Assembly (NCBI GenBank): GCA_963842525.1
Contig: CAWJGT010000003.1
Coordinates: forward strand, 1,024,001-1,088,000
Length of the DNA stretch: 64,000 bases
Reading direction: 5' to 3'
Origin: an uncultured Holophagales bacterium
GTDB lineage: Bacteria; Acidobacteriota; Thermoanaerobaculia; Multivoradales; UBA5704
In this document: positions 28,726-38,879 of the stretch, one piece after another
Layout of the letters: each line of letters begins with the position of its first letter
Position numbering within the stretch: the first letter of the stretch is position 1
Translations under genes and position numbers: made by a program
Notes under the pieces: model-generated
Database searches by the model: none
The model's input: the letters and a program-made list of their open reading frames with translations, nothing else
What the model was told of the DNA's origin: nothing

Positions 28726-30162
28726 ATGACCGTCTATACCCCGACGACCGCCGAAGCGTTGCGCGACCTCCAGGAGGCGCTCGGCGACCGTATCCTTCTT
28801 GACGACGAGGTCCGGGCCTCGTTCCGTTCCGATTTCGGACGCATGGTCGACCGCCTGCCCGGCGCGGTGGCGCGCTGCGCCAATGCCGAGGAGGTCGCGC
28901 AGGTCGTCCGCTTCTGCCGCGAACGGAAGATCCCGATCGTGGCCCGTAGCCAGGGCCATACCCAGACCGGCCAGGCGACGACCGATGGCGGCGTGCTTGT
29001 GGACACCTCGGCGTTCCGCACCATCCACGAGATCGACGAGGCGGGCGAGACCGCGACCGTCGACGGCGGCGTGGTCTGGCGCGACCTGGTCGTCGCCACC
29101 CTGGAGAAGGGTCTGGTCCCGCGCGTCCTCACCAACAATTTGAACGTGGCGGTCTCCGGCACCTTGTCCATGGCCGGCCTCGGCGTCGCCAGCTTCCGGT
29201 ACGGCACCCAGGCCGACAACGCCGTGGAGCTGGAGGTGGTCACCGGCACGGGCGAGATCGTCATCTGCTCGCGCGAGCAGAACCGGGAGCTGTTCGACGT
29301 CGTGCGCTGCGGCCTCGGCCAGTTCGGCATCATCACCCGGGCCAAGGTGCGGCTGCGGCGGTGCAAATCGATGGTCCGCAAGTACTACCTCCTCTATGAC
29401 GACCTGGGCGTCCTGATGGAAGACCAGAAGATGGTCATGGACCCGGGCAATCCCACGTTCTCGTCGCTGGAGTCGTGGTGCACGCCCTGCTTCCAGGGGA
29501 TCAAGAAGATCGGCGAGGGCATGGAGCTCTGGGAGGGTGTCCAGACGTTCGCCTACTGGATGTATCCGCTCCACCTGACCGTGGACTTCGAGCCGGGGGA
29601 GGAGCCGGACGACGCCGCGGTCCTCGCCGGCCTGCGGCCCTACCGCCACGTCGAGACCTGCGACTACACCCAGCTCGAGTTCTGCCGCCGCATGGAGCCG
29701 GTCTTCGAGCTCTGGCGCCGCGGCGGCTATTGGGCCATGGCCCACCCCTGGACCGAGACCACCTTGCCGTGGGACACCTCCCGCGAGTTCATCGAGACGG
29801 TGCTCGCCGCCACCCCGCCGCAGGCGCTGGGCCCGGGCGGCCACGTCCTCCTCTGGCCGGCCCGCAACGACACCTCGGACGTGCCGCTCTTCATGCACCC
29901 CGGCGGCGAGTACGTGATGGGTTGGGGGATCCTGCCCGGCGTACCGCACGAGTACCTCGACCGCGCCCTGGCCAACCTCGACATGGTCAGCGAGATGTCC
30001 ATCCTCTACGGCGGCAAGCGCTATCTCTCCGGCTTCATCACCTTCAAGACCGCGGAGCAGTGGGCGCAGCACTTCGGCGACCAGTGGCCGCGCGTCCTGG
30101 AGGCCAAGAAGCGGTTCGACCCGGACGGCATCATGAACCCCGGGTTCATCCAGTACGAGTAG
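28726..30162 (+). CDS. FAD-binding oxidoreductase, cytokinin dehydrogenase-like
   Basis: ARSQGHT, GTLSMAGLG..FRYGTQ..ELEVVTGTGE, GLGQFGIITRA, HPW, HFGDQW..KKRFDP..IMNPG. Confidence 0.88.
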   Translation: MTVYTPTTAEALRDLQEALGDRILLDDEVRASFRSDFGRMVDRLPGAVARCANAEEVAQVVRFCRERKIPIVARSQGHTQTGQATTDGGVLVDTSAFRTIHEIDEAGETATVDGGVVWRDLVVATLEKGLVPRVLTNNLNVAVSGTLSMAGLGVASFRYGTQADNAVELEVVTGTGEIVICSREQNRELFDVVRCGLGQFGIITRAKVRLRRCKSMVRKYYLLYDDLGVLMEDQKMVMDPGNPTFSSLESWCTPCFQGIKKIGEGMELWEGVQTFAYWMYPLHLTVDFEPGEEPDDAAVLAGLRPYRHVETCDYTQLEFCRRMEPVFELWRRGGYWAMAHPWTETTLPWDTSREFIETVLAATPPQALGPGGHVLLWPARNDTSDVPLFMHPGGEYVMGWGILPGVPHEYLDRALANLDMVSEMSILYGGKRYLSGFITFKTAEQWAQHFGDQWPRVLEAKKRFDPDGIMNPGFIQYE

Positions 30163-30167
30163 CAAAG

Positions 30168-30194
30168 GAAAGGGCGGCCGCGTGGCCGCCCTTC
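30168..30194. terminator. Hairpin between convergent genes
   Basis: AAGGGCGGCC...GGCCGCCCTT. Confidence 0.6.
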
Positions 30195-30223
30195 GTGTTG
30201 GTGTGCTGTGCGGTCCCCGGCGC

Positions 30224-30598
30224 CTACCGGGCGGCCGTGTGCTCGGCGCCGGCCCAGACGGTCTTCACCTCGACGATCTCGAAGGCCGTCCCCTGCCAGC
30301 CGCAGGTGCTGCCGTCAACAACCCGGCCGTAGAGGCGGACGTGCTCGCCCGGCCGCAAGCCGTGGGTGTCGCCCGACAGGGTCCACAGACGGCCGCCGTG
30401 ATCGCGCAGAGCCGGGCACTCCGCGCCCTCGTTGTTCAGGTAACCGTCGATCACCTGCCCCTGTTGCCCCCGGCTTCTGTTGTGCGCGGCCTGCCGGCCC
30501 TGCGCCGGGGCAGCGGCGGTCTCGACGGACATCGCGAGACACGCTGTCAGGAGCAGGACCTGCCCGAGGGCCTTGACGAACGACTTTCCGGCGTTCAT
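30224..30598 (-). CDS. Secreted small beta-barrel protein (DUF5818-like)
   Basis: Signal peptide; EGAECPALR..G..W.L.G..GLRPGEHVRLYG..C..QG. Confidence 0.7.
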   Translation of the reverse strand: MNAGKSFVKALGQVLLLTACLAMSVETAAAPAQGRQAAHNRSRGQQGQVIDGYLNNEGAECPALRDHGGRLWTLSGDTHGLRPGEHVRLYGRVVDGSTCGWQGTAFEIVEVKTVWAGAEHTAAR

Positions 30599-30607
30599 GG
30601 CACGCCT

Positions 30608-31384
30608 CTAGTTGAACGGCCCGTCGTGGAGGTGGTCGTAGTAGGTCGTCCGGTGCCGGTCGTCGGCCCAGACGGTCCTCACCTCGTGGATGTCGAACGC
30701 CGTCCCCTGCCAGCCGCAGACGCCGCCGTCCACGATGCGGCCGTAGAGCCGCACGTGCTCGCCCGGCTGCAGGCCGCGGGTATTGCCCGCCAGCGCCCAC
30801 AGGCGGCCGTTGTGATCACGCAGGGACAGGCACTCCGAGCCCTCGTTGTTCAGGTAGCCGTCGACGTGGAAGATGTTGGGATCGGCACCACCGCCGCCGC
30901 GGCGCCCGCCGGAGCGATACGGTGTGGCGTAGCGGTTGTCATACCGGTTGTTCCGGTAAGCGTTGCGCTGCCGGATCTCGGCCTGGCGGCGCAGCTCGGC
31001 CTGGCGTTGCAGCTCGAGCTGGCGCTGCTGCTGGAGCCGCAGTTGATTCTGCCGCTGGAGCCGGCCCTGACGCTGCTGCAGCTCAAGCTGGCGCTGTGCC
31101 TGGAGCTGGCGCTGCCGGTCCTGACGGGCGATTTTCTGCCGGATAGCCTGCTGCCGGGCGGCCTTCTGCTGAGCCTGCTGGGCCTTCTGCTGCCGTTGGC
31201 GGGCCTGCGCCTGCTTGCGGGCACCCTTGTTCTGCTTGTCCTTCTTGTCCTTTTTCTCAGCCTTCTCATGCGCAGCCTGCCTGTCGTGTGCGGGCGCAGC
31301 CATCGTATCCATGGGCAGCGCCAGGGACGCCGTCAGGAGCAGGACGGGCGCGAAAACCTTGACGAGCGATTTTCTGGCGTTCAT
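30608..31384 (-). CDS. Secreted protein: Gln/Arg-rich coiled coil + DUF5818-like domain
   Basis: GGAGG RBS; signal peptide; C-terminal domain paralogous to 30224..30598. Confidence 0.75.
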   Translation of the reverse strand: MNARKSLVKVFAPVLLLTASLALPMDTMAAPAHDRQAAHEKAEKKDKKDKQNKGARKQAQARQRQQKAQQAQQKAARQQAIRQKIARQDRQRQLQAQRQLELQQRQGRLQRQNQLRLQQQRQLELQRQAELRRQAEIRQRNAYRNNRYDNRYATPYRSGGRRGGGGADPNIFHVDGYLNNEGSECLSLRDHNGRLWALAGNTRGLQPGEHVRLYGRIVDGGVCGWQGTAFDIHEVRTVWADDRHRTTYYDHLHDGPFN

Positions 31385-31466
31385 TGCAGTTCCTCCTTGC
31401 TGTGTCGGCCCGGCCTTCCGAGCCGGCGTCCCGCGGCTTCCGCGCGACGCAACTGCCTCGATAAAT

Positions 31467-31482
31467 AGCAAGGGCAGTGCCA
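31467..31482 (-). promoter_or_regulatory. sigma54 -24/-12 promoter
   Basis: TGGCACTGCCCTTGCT on the minus strand matches TGGCAC-N5-TTGC(A/T). Confidence 0.75.
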
Positions 31483-31622
31483 ATCAGATAAGCGCTTTAC
31501 CTGCAATGACTTCCAGGAAAATTCCCAACTCTGGGCGAGGGGATCGTCCTGTTTCGGAGACAGGCAGTGGACCCGCGGGGGTCGGCAGCGGCCCATCCTC
31601 TTCTGATAGCCTCGCCGGCGTC

Positions 31623-32480
31623 ATGAGCGACGCCCAAAAACCCATCCGGATCCGCATCGCCCACAGCCCCGACTCGGACGATGCGTTCATGTTCTACGCC
31701 CTCACTCACGGGCTGCTCGACGTCTCCGGGCTCCTGATCGAGCACGTGCTGGAGGACATCGAGAGCCTCAACCAGGCGGCGTTCGAGGGGACCTACGACA
31801 TCACCGCCCTCTCGTTCCATGGCTATGCCCATCTCGCCGACCGGTACCAGCTCATGCCGTCGGGAGCGAGCTTCGGGGACGGCTATGGTCCGGTCGTGGT
31901 CTCCCGCCAGTCCCTCGGCCGCGCCGACCTCGTGGGATGCCCGGTGGCGATCCCCGGCAAGCTGACCACCGCCCACCTGGCCCTGCGCCTCTGGCAGCCC
32001 GAGGTGGAAACCGTGATCGTCCCCTTCGACCGCATCCTCGACGCGGTCCTCGCCAGCGAGGTGGAGGCCGGCGTGGTCATTCACGAGGGGCAGCTCACCT
32101 ACGGCGACCTGGGTTTGCGCTCGGTCGAGGACCTCGGGGCGTGGTGGAAGGAGGAGACCGGCGGGCCGCTGCCGCTCGGCGGCAACGGCATCCGGCGGGA
32201 CCTGGACCCCGAGCTCAAGCGGCGGCTCTGCCGGCTGCTGACCGAGAGCATCGAGTACGCCCTCGATCACCGGGAAGAGGCCCTGGATTACGCCATGCGT
32301 TATGCCCGCGGGCTGGAGGACGATCCGGCGCGATCGGACCGCTTCGTGAGCATGTACGTCAACGAATGGACGCGCGGCTACGGCGAGGCGGGACGGGGCG
32401 CTGTGCAGCTCCTGCTGGACCGCGGCTTCGAGGCGGGGATCCTGCCGCGCCGGGTCGAGGCGGAATTCGTCGAGCCTTGA
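31623..32480 (+). CDS. mqnD: 1,4-dihydroxy-6-naphthoate synthase (futalosine menaquinone pathway)
   Basis: AHSPDSDDAFMFYAL, GDGYGP, TTAHLAL, IHEGQLTY, PLPLGG, MYVN. Confidence 0.9.
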   Translation: MSDAQKPIRIRIAHSPDSDDAFMFYALTHGLLDVSGLLIEHVLEDIESLNQAAFEGTYDITALSFHGYAHLADRYQLMPSGASFGDGYGPVVVSRQSLGRADLVGCPVAIPGKLTTAHLALRLWQPEVETVIVPFDRILDAVLASEVEAGVVIHEGQLTYGDLGLRSVEDLGAWWKEETGGPLPLGGNGIRRDLDPELKRRLCRLLTESIEYALDHREEALDYAMRYARGLEDDPARSDRFVSMYVNEWTRGYGEAGRGAVQLLLDRGFEAGILPRRVEAEFVEP

Positions 32481-33133
32481 AGCTGCGCCCGGCCGCCCTG
32501 GTCTTCGATCTCGACGGGACCCTGATCGACTCCCGCCGCGACATCACGACCGCCATCAACCGCACGCGCACCGATTTTGGCTTGCCGCCGCTCGTCCTCG
32601 AGCAGGTGGTGCGGATGGTGGGGGAGGGGGCGCGGGTCCTGATCGAGCGCGCCCTCGGCGACAAAATCCCACCCGAGCGCCTGGACGACGCCCTGGCGCG
32701 GTACCTGGATCACTATCGCGAGGTCTGCCTCGACCAGACCCGGCCCTATCCCGGCATCGAGGAGATGCTCGCCGCCCTCGCCGCCGTCTATCCCCTGGCC
32801 CTGCTCAGCAACAAGGGAGAGGAGCTGTCGCGCCTCGTCCTGCGCGGCCTGGGGCTCGACCGCTGGTTCCGCGAGGTCCTGGGAGGCGACAGCCTGCCCA
32901 CCCGCAAGCCGGACCCTGCCGGCCTCCACCTCCTGGCCGAGCGGCTGGGAGTCCCTCTCGGAGAGCTGCTCCTGGTCGGCGACACCCGCATCGACGCCGA
33001 GACCGCCCGCGCCGCCGGCTGCGCATTTGCCCTGGTCGAATGGGGCTTCCCGCGTCCGCCGGGGATCGAGGAGCTGGAGGCGGATCTGAAGGTGGCGCAG
33101 GCGGTGGAGCTGGTGGAGGTCCTCACGCTCTAA
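32477..33133 (+). CDS. gph: HAD hydrolase, phosphoglycolate phosphatase-like
   Basis: FDLDGTLIDS, LSNK, KPDP, VGDTRID; TTG start overlapping the mqnD stop. Confidence 0.8.
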   Translation: MKLRPAALVFDLDGTLIDSRRDITTAINRTRTDFGLPPLVLEQVVRMVGEGARVLIERALGDKIPPERLDDALARYLDHYREVCLDQTRPYPGIEEMLAALAAVYPLALLSNKGEELSRLVLRGLGLDRWFREVLGGDSLPTRKPDPAGLHLLAERLGVPLGELLLVGDTRIDAETARAAGCAFALVEWGFPRPPGIEELEADLKVAQAVELVEVLTL

Positions 33134-33254
33134 CGAAATGTCCGGGTCACGCTTCCACCCGGACCCCTTGAATCAGAAGGATGCTATCTTATCCTGGATT
33201 CAGGAATCTGAGAGCCTTGTTGCAAGAAAGACCTTAGGGAGGAAGATCGCCGCC

Positions 33255-33845
33255 ATGCCCTCGATGGCCCACGAGATCCTCGTGGATCTCTTCAAGAATC
33301 GCCCGTCGCTCGCCGCCGAGATCCTGGTTGAGGTGCTGGGCATGTCGCTTCCGCCCTACACCGAAGCTCGCCTTGCCTCCACCGACTTGACCGAGATCCA
33401 GCCCGCCGTCCGCCGGCCCGAGCTCGGAGTGCTGTCTGCAATGGCGCATGGCGAGACCGAGCAGGGAGCAACGATTGCCGCCGCGGTGCTGCCCGTGATC
33501 CGGGGGCTCGACGACGACAGGGTCAGGTTGTACTACGATCTCGTGTACAATTCCTTGAATGAGGCGGCTCGCAGGGCATTGGAGGCGATGATGAAGGGCT
33601 ACGAATACCAGAGCGATTTCGCGAAAAAATACGTCGCACAAGGCCGCACAGAAGGCCGCGCCGAGGGCCGTACCGAAGAGGCGGCGCGCGCCCTGCTGAC
33701 CGTGCTTCGGGTCCGCGGCATTGCAGTGCCGGACGCCGTCCGCGAGCGTATCCTGGCCCAGAAGGATCCGGAGCGGCTGGAGCGCTGGCTTGAGAAGGCA
33801 GCCGTTGCTGCTTCGGTCACCGCGGTCATCGACGAACCGAACTGA
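33255..33845 (+). CDS. Rpn/DUF4351-like protein, apparently internally deleted
   Basis: HEILVDLFKNRPSLA N-terminus; GRTEGRAEGRTE repeat; C-terminal LERWL helix; no nuclease core visible. Confidence 0.6.
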   Translation: MPSMAHEILVDLFKNRPSLAAEILVEVLGMSLPPYTEARLASTDLTEIQPAVRRPELGVLSAMAHGETEQGATIAAAVLPVIRGLDDDRVRLYYDLVYNSLNEAARRALEAMMKGYEYQSDFAKKYVAQGRTEGRAEGRTEEAARALLTVLRVRGIAVPDAVRERILAQKDPERLERWLEKAAVAASVTAVIDEPN

Positions 33846-33920
33846 GAGGGTGTTTCCAGGGACAAGGTCGCGGCCCTCTGCCTCGCAACGTGCCGTAACG
33901 GACTCGCGAAAACGGCTCCA

Positions 33921-33980
33921 ACCACGTCCCCCCTCTCCCGGTCGGTGGGAGGCGATGGGAGAGGGGGACAGGGGGTGAGG
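33921..33980. repeat. CCCCTCTCCC-family palindrome upstream of smpB
   Basis: Closely similar to 34652-34712. Confidence 0.7.
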
Positions 33981-33993
33981 TATCCTCTCCCCC

Positions 33994-34506
33994 ATGGCGA
34001 AGCCGAACGGCAAGGACAAGGCCAGCAAGGCCAAGGACAAGGGCCCGCACCACCGGGAGCTGGCGAGCAACCGCCGGGCGCGGCACGACTACGAGATCCT
34101 GGAGACGTTCGAGGCCGGCATCCAGCTCACCGGGACCGAGGTCAAGGCCGCCCGCATGGGCAAGGTCCAGCTCAAGGACAGCTTCGTCGAGGTCCGCAAC
34201 AACGAGGCCTGGCTGGTCAACGCCCACATCAGCCCCTACAGCCACGGCAACCGCGAGAACCACCCGCCGGAGCGCGACCGCCGGCTCCTGCTCAAGAAGC
34301 GGCAGATCGACCGCCTTTTCGGCCGCTCCCAGCTCAAGGGGCAGACCGTGGTCCCCCTGTCGGTCTACCTGCAGGGGAACTGGATCAAGGTCGAGGTCGC
34401 CCTGGCGCAGGGCAAGAAGCAATACGACAAGCGCGAGGCCATCCGCGGGCGCGAGCTGGACCGCGAGGCTGCCGCGGCGATCAAAACCGGCTCCGGGCGC
34501 GCCTGA
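33994..34506 (+). CDS. smpB: SsrA-binding protein
   Basis: NRRARHDY, EAGIQLTGTEVK, RRLLL, GKKQYDKRE. Confidence 0.97.
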   Translation: MAKPNGKDKASKAKDKGPHHRELASNRRARHDYEILETFEAGIQLTGTEVKAARMGKVQLKDSFVEVRNNEAWLVNAHISPYSHGNRENHPPERDRRLLLKKRQIDRLFGRSQLKGQTVVPLSVYLQGNWIKVEVALAQGKKQYDKREAIRGRELDREAAAAIKTGSGRA

Positions 34507-34712
34507 CCTCACCCCCTGTCCCCCTCTCCCGTCGCCCCCCACCGACCGGGAGAGGGGGGACGTCGCTGAGGCATGAAAGGCGAGGTCGAGGCTTCCTTGT
34601 ATGTAAGGGGAATCCCTGAAGAGGCTCGGCAAGCTACCCCCTCAGAGCACCAACCACGTCCCCCCTCTCCCGGTGGAAGGGGGGGCGATGGGAGAGGGGG
34701 ACAGGGGGTGAG
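34506..34712. repeat. Inverted pair of CCCCTCTCCC-family palindromes
   Basis: CCTCACCCCCTGTCCCCCTCTCCC at the left end and GGGAGAGGGGGACAGGGGGTGAGG at the right end, between convergent genes. Confidence 0.75.
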
Positions 34713-34713
34713 G

Positions 34714-35190
34714 CTACTCCTCCGCCCCTACCCGCCGCCGCCGGCCGCCGGTGTCCTGGATCTTCTCGAGCGCCGTCTGACCCCCGTAACGGGCCACGAT
34801 CCGGTCGTCGTAGTCGTCCGCCATCGTGGCGACCGAGGTGATTGTCCGCAGCAGGTCCCGCGGCTCCAGGCTGCGGCCGAAGAGCGAATGGGCGAAGAAG
34901 ATGTCGTTGCCGACCAGGGAGAACGACCCGCACGGGGTCTGGTGGTTCAGCTCCAGCAGGCCGAGCAGCAGCTCCTCTTCCACCTCGACGTCCTGGACGC
35001 AGTAGGACATCACCGTCACCATCGCCTCGTCGGACCCGGAGGGGTCTACGGAGATTTCAAGCACCGTGGTGCCGTATCGGACATAGAAGTGGTTGTTCTC
35101 GGGATCGTGGTACGGCTCGTCCTCGAAAAGGTCGCTCAAGTACTCCCGCACCTTGAAGAACGTCTCTTCCTGCACCTGATGCTCGAACAT
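34714..35190 (-). CDS. YbjN/CesT-like chaperone-fold protein
   Basis: YVRYGT..LLELN...GSF..ADDYDDRI pattern. Confidence 0.7.
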   Translation of the reverse strand: MFEHQVQEETFFKVREYLSDLFEDEPYHDPENNHFYVRYGTTVLEISVDPSGSDEAMVTVMSYCVQDVEVEEELLLGLLELNHQTPCGSFSLVGNDIFFAHSLFGRSLEPRDLLRTITSVATMADDYDDRIVARYGGQTALEKIQDTGGRRRRVGAEE

Positions 35191-35243
35191 GGTCGCTCTC
35201 CTCCGGCGCGTACTCTACCAGCATGTGAAGCCATGCCCGCCCG

Positions 35244-35272
35244 TTGACACCCTCCTCGCTTGGGAATACTTT
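35244..35272 (+). promoter_or_regulatory. sigma70 promoter for the fadL-lipase operon
   Basis: TTGACA-N17-TACTTT. Confidence 0.6.
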
Positions 35273-35397
35273 TGAGGCGAGCTGCCACGGACGACCGACC
35301 CCCCTTCGACACCCTGCTTTTTTTCACCGGTCTCCGAAACCAGCGGCCCAAAATTTCACAGCAGTCGCACAACAGGTACATCGAGAGGAGGAAACGG

Positions 35398-36704
35398 ATG
35401 CGTAGGCGAGGTGGTTTTCTTGGCAAGGCCCTGGGTGTCGCTGTTCTCGGGGTCGTGGTCGCGGTCCCCCTGTCCGCGGCCGGGTTCAGCATCTTTGAGC
35501 AGGGCACCAAGGCCATGGGCATGGCCGGAGCGTTCACGGCGCAGGCTGACGATCCGTCGGCGCTCTTCCACAACGTCGGCGGCATCGCGTTCCAGAACCA
35601 CCGGGCGTTCTCCGTCGGCGTCACGTGGATCCACGGTCTGGAGGCCGAGCTCGAGGGGGACAACCCCTTCCCCGGCGTGGGTTATACCGCCGAGCAGGAG
35701 AAGCTCTCCGAGTTCCCCCCCACGCCTATTTCGTGCATCCGATCGGCGCGACCTTGAGATTCGGCCTCGGCCTCATGACCCCCTTCGGCCTGACCACCGA
35801 GTGGGAGGACCCGAACGAGTTCGCCGGCCGGTTCCTGAGCACCAAGGCGGCTCTCCAGGCGGTCGACATCCAGCCGACCCTGGGCTGGCAGGCCACCCCG
35901 AGCTTCGGTATCGGCTTCGGCGCCATTGCCCGGATCACCACGGTCGAGCTCAACCGCAACGTTCCACGCCTCAACCCTTTCACCCAACAGGTGGCGGACA
36001 TCGGCAGCCTGGCGCTCGAAGCGGATCCCAGCGAGGGCTTCGGCTGGACGATCGGCCTCCTGCACAAGTACAACAACAGCTTTTCCTGGGGCCTCTCCTA
36101 CCGCAGCAAGATCAAGGTCGAGTACGAAGGCGACGCCCGGCTCACCCAGATCCTGACCGGCAACGCGCAGTTCAACGCCGCGGTCCGTGCCGCCGCTCCC
36201 TTCGACGTCGACCTGCCGGTCGAGACCGAGATCGAGTTCCCCGACGAGGCGAGCCTCGGCCTGGCCTTCGCCCTTGGCCCCAACCTGCTGCTCGAGACCG
36301 ACGTCAACTGGACCGGGTGGAGCAGCTTCGACCAGGTGCCGATCGACTTCATCGGCGGCGCCACCAACTCGCTGCCCGACCAGAGCCTGACGGAGGCGTG
36401 GGACGACGTGTTCAACTATCGCGCCGGCCTGCGCTGGACGGTGGCGAGCGGCAACCAGTGGCGCTTCGGCTACGTCTATGACGAGACCCCGCAGCCGGAG
36501 GAGGGGATCTCGCCCCTGCTGCCCGACGCCAACCGCAACGGCGTCACTCTCGGCTATGGCATGCGGCGCCTCGACCTCGCCGTGATGTACCTCGTCTTCG
36601 ACGAGCGGTCGCGCCACAAGAACTTCCCTGGCGAGGACGCGACCACGTTCTTCGGCACCTATAACACCCGGGCCATCCTTGTCGGTGCGACCCTGAACTT
36701 TTGA
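35398..36704 (+). CDS. fadL: OmpP1/FadL outer-membrane long-chain fatty acid transporter (frameshift in a C-run near 35720)
   Basis: AGFSIFEQG..GMAGA..ADDPSALFHN hatch, TPFGL, beta-barrel ending in Phe. Confidence 0.88.
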
Positions 36705-36726
36705 GCCCTTAGGGAGGTAAACGACG

Positions 36727-38122
36727 ATGCATCGTCCGAAGATCCTTGCGGTGGCGCTGGCCCTGGCGCTCCTCCTGCCGATCGCCGCTTTTGCCCAGCC
36801 GGATACCGGCACGGCCGACTTCACCCGCTACGTGGCGCTCGGCGACAGCCTGACCGCCGGCTTCATGAGCGGCGGCCTGTCGGCCAACGGTCAGACCAAC
36901 AGCTACCCGGTCCTCATCCACCGGCAGGCCACCGGCGGCGGTTCCGGCTTCGTCCAGCCGATCATCACTAATCCCGGTCTCCCGGCCGAGCTCGAGCTCA
37001 GGAGCCTGGCGCCCCTGACCCTCGCTCCCAAGAGCGGCACGGGCACGCTGCAAAATCCGCAGACCAACCCGCTGCGGCCGTTCAGCAATCTGGGGGTGCC
37101 CGGCGCCAAGGTCCGCGACACGCTGGTCACCTTCTCCGGCGGCCTCCACGACGCCATCCTGCAGCAGTTCCTGCCGCCCCTCCAGGGCCGGACGGCCCTG
37201 CAGCAGGCGGTGCTGCAGAACCCCACCTTCGTGACCCTGTGGATCGGCAACAACGACGTCCTGGCGGCGGCCACCTCCGGCCGCGTCATCGAGGGCGTGA
37301 CCCTGACCCCGGTGGCCCAGTTCGAGGTCGACTACCGCGCGATCGCCAACGCGATCGCCGCCACCGGCGCCAGGATGGCCATCGCCAACATCCCGGACGT
37401 CACCACCATCCCGTTCGTCAACACGCTGTCGCGGTTCGTGGTCAACCCGGCGACGAACCAGCCGGTGCTGATCGGCGGCCAGCCGGTGCCGCTGCTCGGG
37501 CCCGATGGCCCGGTCGGCCCGAACGACCGCGTGCTGCTGAGCGCCACGGCCGAGCTGGCGGCGGGCCGGGGCATCCCGGCTCCTCTCGGCCCGGGCGTAC
37601 CGCTCACCGACGCCGCGGTGCTGAATGCAGCCGAGCTCGCCGCGATCTCGGCCCGTGTGCAGGCCTACAACAACGTCATCCGCGCCGTGGCCACGGAGAG
37701 GAACGCAGCGTTCGTCGACTCGAACGCCCTCCTCACCGAGGCGGCGGCCGGGCACGTCGGGGTCGGCGGTGTGGCCCTGACCTCGGCGTTCCTGACCGGC
37801 GGCATCTTCTCCTATGACGGCGTCCACCCGACCCGGATCGGCTACGCCCTGCTCGCCAACGAGTTCATCGAGGCGATCAACGACCAGTTCGAACGCCGAG
37901 ATCCCGCCGGTGAACCTGTTCCCGTTCGTCTTCGGAACGTCCACCACCACCGGCGCCAGCACAGCCGGTGTGACCGGCGTGACCGGAGCGGCGGGCGAGA
38001 TGACCTCGTCGGGCGTCCCGGCGATCCTCACCAAGGAGGCGATGGACAACCTCTTCTGGGCGTTGCGCATCGACCCGAACGCCAAGAAGCCGCCCGTCCG
38101 CCGCCCGCGCGGCCGCCGGTAG
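36727..38122 (+). CDS. SGNH/GDSL lipase (frameshift near 37890)
   Basis: ALGDSLTAG, NLGVPGA, WIGNNDVL, DGVHP; C-terminus continues in ORF 37814..38122. Confidence 0.85.
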
Positions 38123-38217
38123 ACCGCGGCCCGACCGCAGTGGAGCCGCAACCAAGGGGTGGAGGGCGACCAGGCGCGTTCCACCCGGTATTGAGCACAT
38201 GCCGTAGGAGGGACCTC

Positions 38218-38634
38218 ATGAACCAGGACCTCGAGCATCTCCGGCTGCTGTCCATCTTCCACTACATCCTGGCCGGGCTGATTTTCCTCTTCGCCTGCCT
38301 GCCGCTGATCCACCTCTTCCTCGGCATCGCCCTGATCACAGACTGGGAGGGCTTCCAAGACGACCAGCCGCCGCCGCCCTTCGTCGGCTGGATCGTGACC
38401 TGCATCGCCGGCTTCCTCATCCTCGCCGGCTGGACTCTCGCCGCCTGCCTTGCCGTGGCCGGCCGCTATCTGATGCAGCACACCCACTACACCTTCTGCC
38501 TGGTGATTGCCGCCATCGCCTGCACCATCATGCCCTTCGGCACCGTCCTGGGCGTCTTCACCATCATCGTCCTGATGCGGCCTTCGGTGCGGGAGATGTT
38601 CGAGGGGGCACCTCGCCCGGTCCCGGCGGTGTGA
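38218..38634 (+). CDS. Membrane protein (3-4 TM)
   Basis: AGGAGG RBS; MNQDLEHLRLLSIFHY...PFGTVLGVFTIIVLMRPSV. Confidence 0.8.
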   Translation: MNQDLEHLRLLSIFHYILAGLIFLFACLPLIHLFLGIALITDWEGFQDDQPPPPFVGWIVTCIAGFLILAGWTLAACLAVAGRYLMQHTHYTFCLVIAAIACTIMPFGTVLGVFTIIVLMRPSVREMFEGAPRPVPAV

Positions 38635-38663
38635 CGGCTAGAATGGGCTTGGAGGTGATCGAG

Positions 38664-38879
38664 ATGGAACGGGACTTCAGCGTAGTCATCGAGCGGGATA
38701 GCGAAGGCTACTACGTCGCCTCGGTCCCGAGCCTGCGAGGCTGTCACACGCAGGCTCGGTCCCTCGACGAGCTCATGGAGCGCGTCAAGGAGGCGATCGA
38801 GCTTTGCCTGGAAGTCGAAGACCTCGCGTCAGTGCCTCTCGACTTCATCGGCGTACAGCGGGTCACGGTGGGGGGATGA
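38664..38879 (+). CDS. hicB: HicB family antitoxin (short form)
   Basis: VIERDSEGYYVASVPSLRGCHTQA..LDELMERVKEAI. Confidence 0.9.
   Translation: MERDFSVVIERDSEGYYVASVPSLRGCHTQARSLDELMERVKEAIELCLEVEDLASVPLDFIGVQRVTVGG

Noticed and set aside
33845-35400. tmRNA (ssrA) or tRNA near smpB
   Set aside because: No tRNA-like termini recognised; the intergenic DNA is accounted for by palindromic repeats and a promoter
36727-38634. Lipase-membrane protein fusion (635-aa ORF)
   Set aside because: Artefact of the ~37890 frameshift; the membrane gene has its own AGGAGG and ATG at 38218
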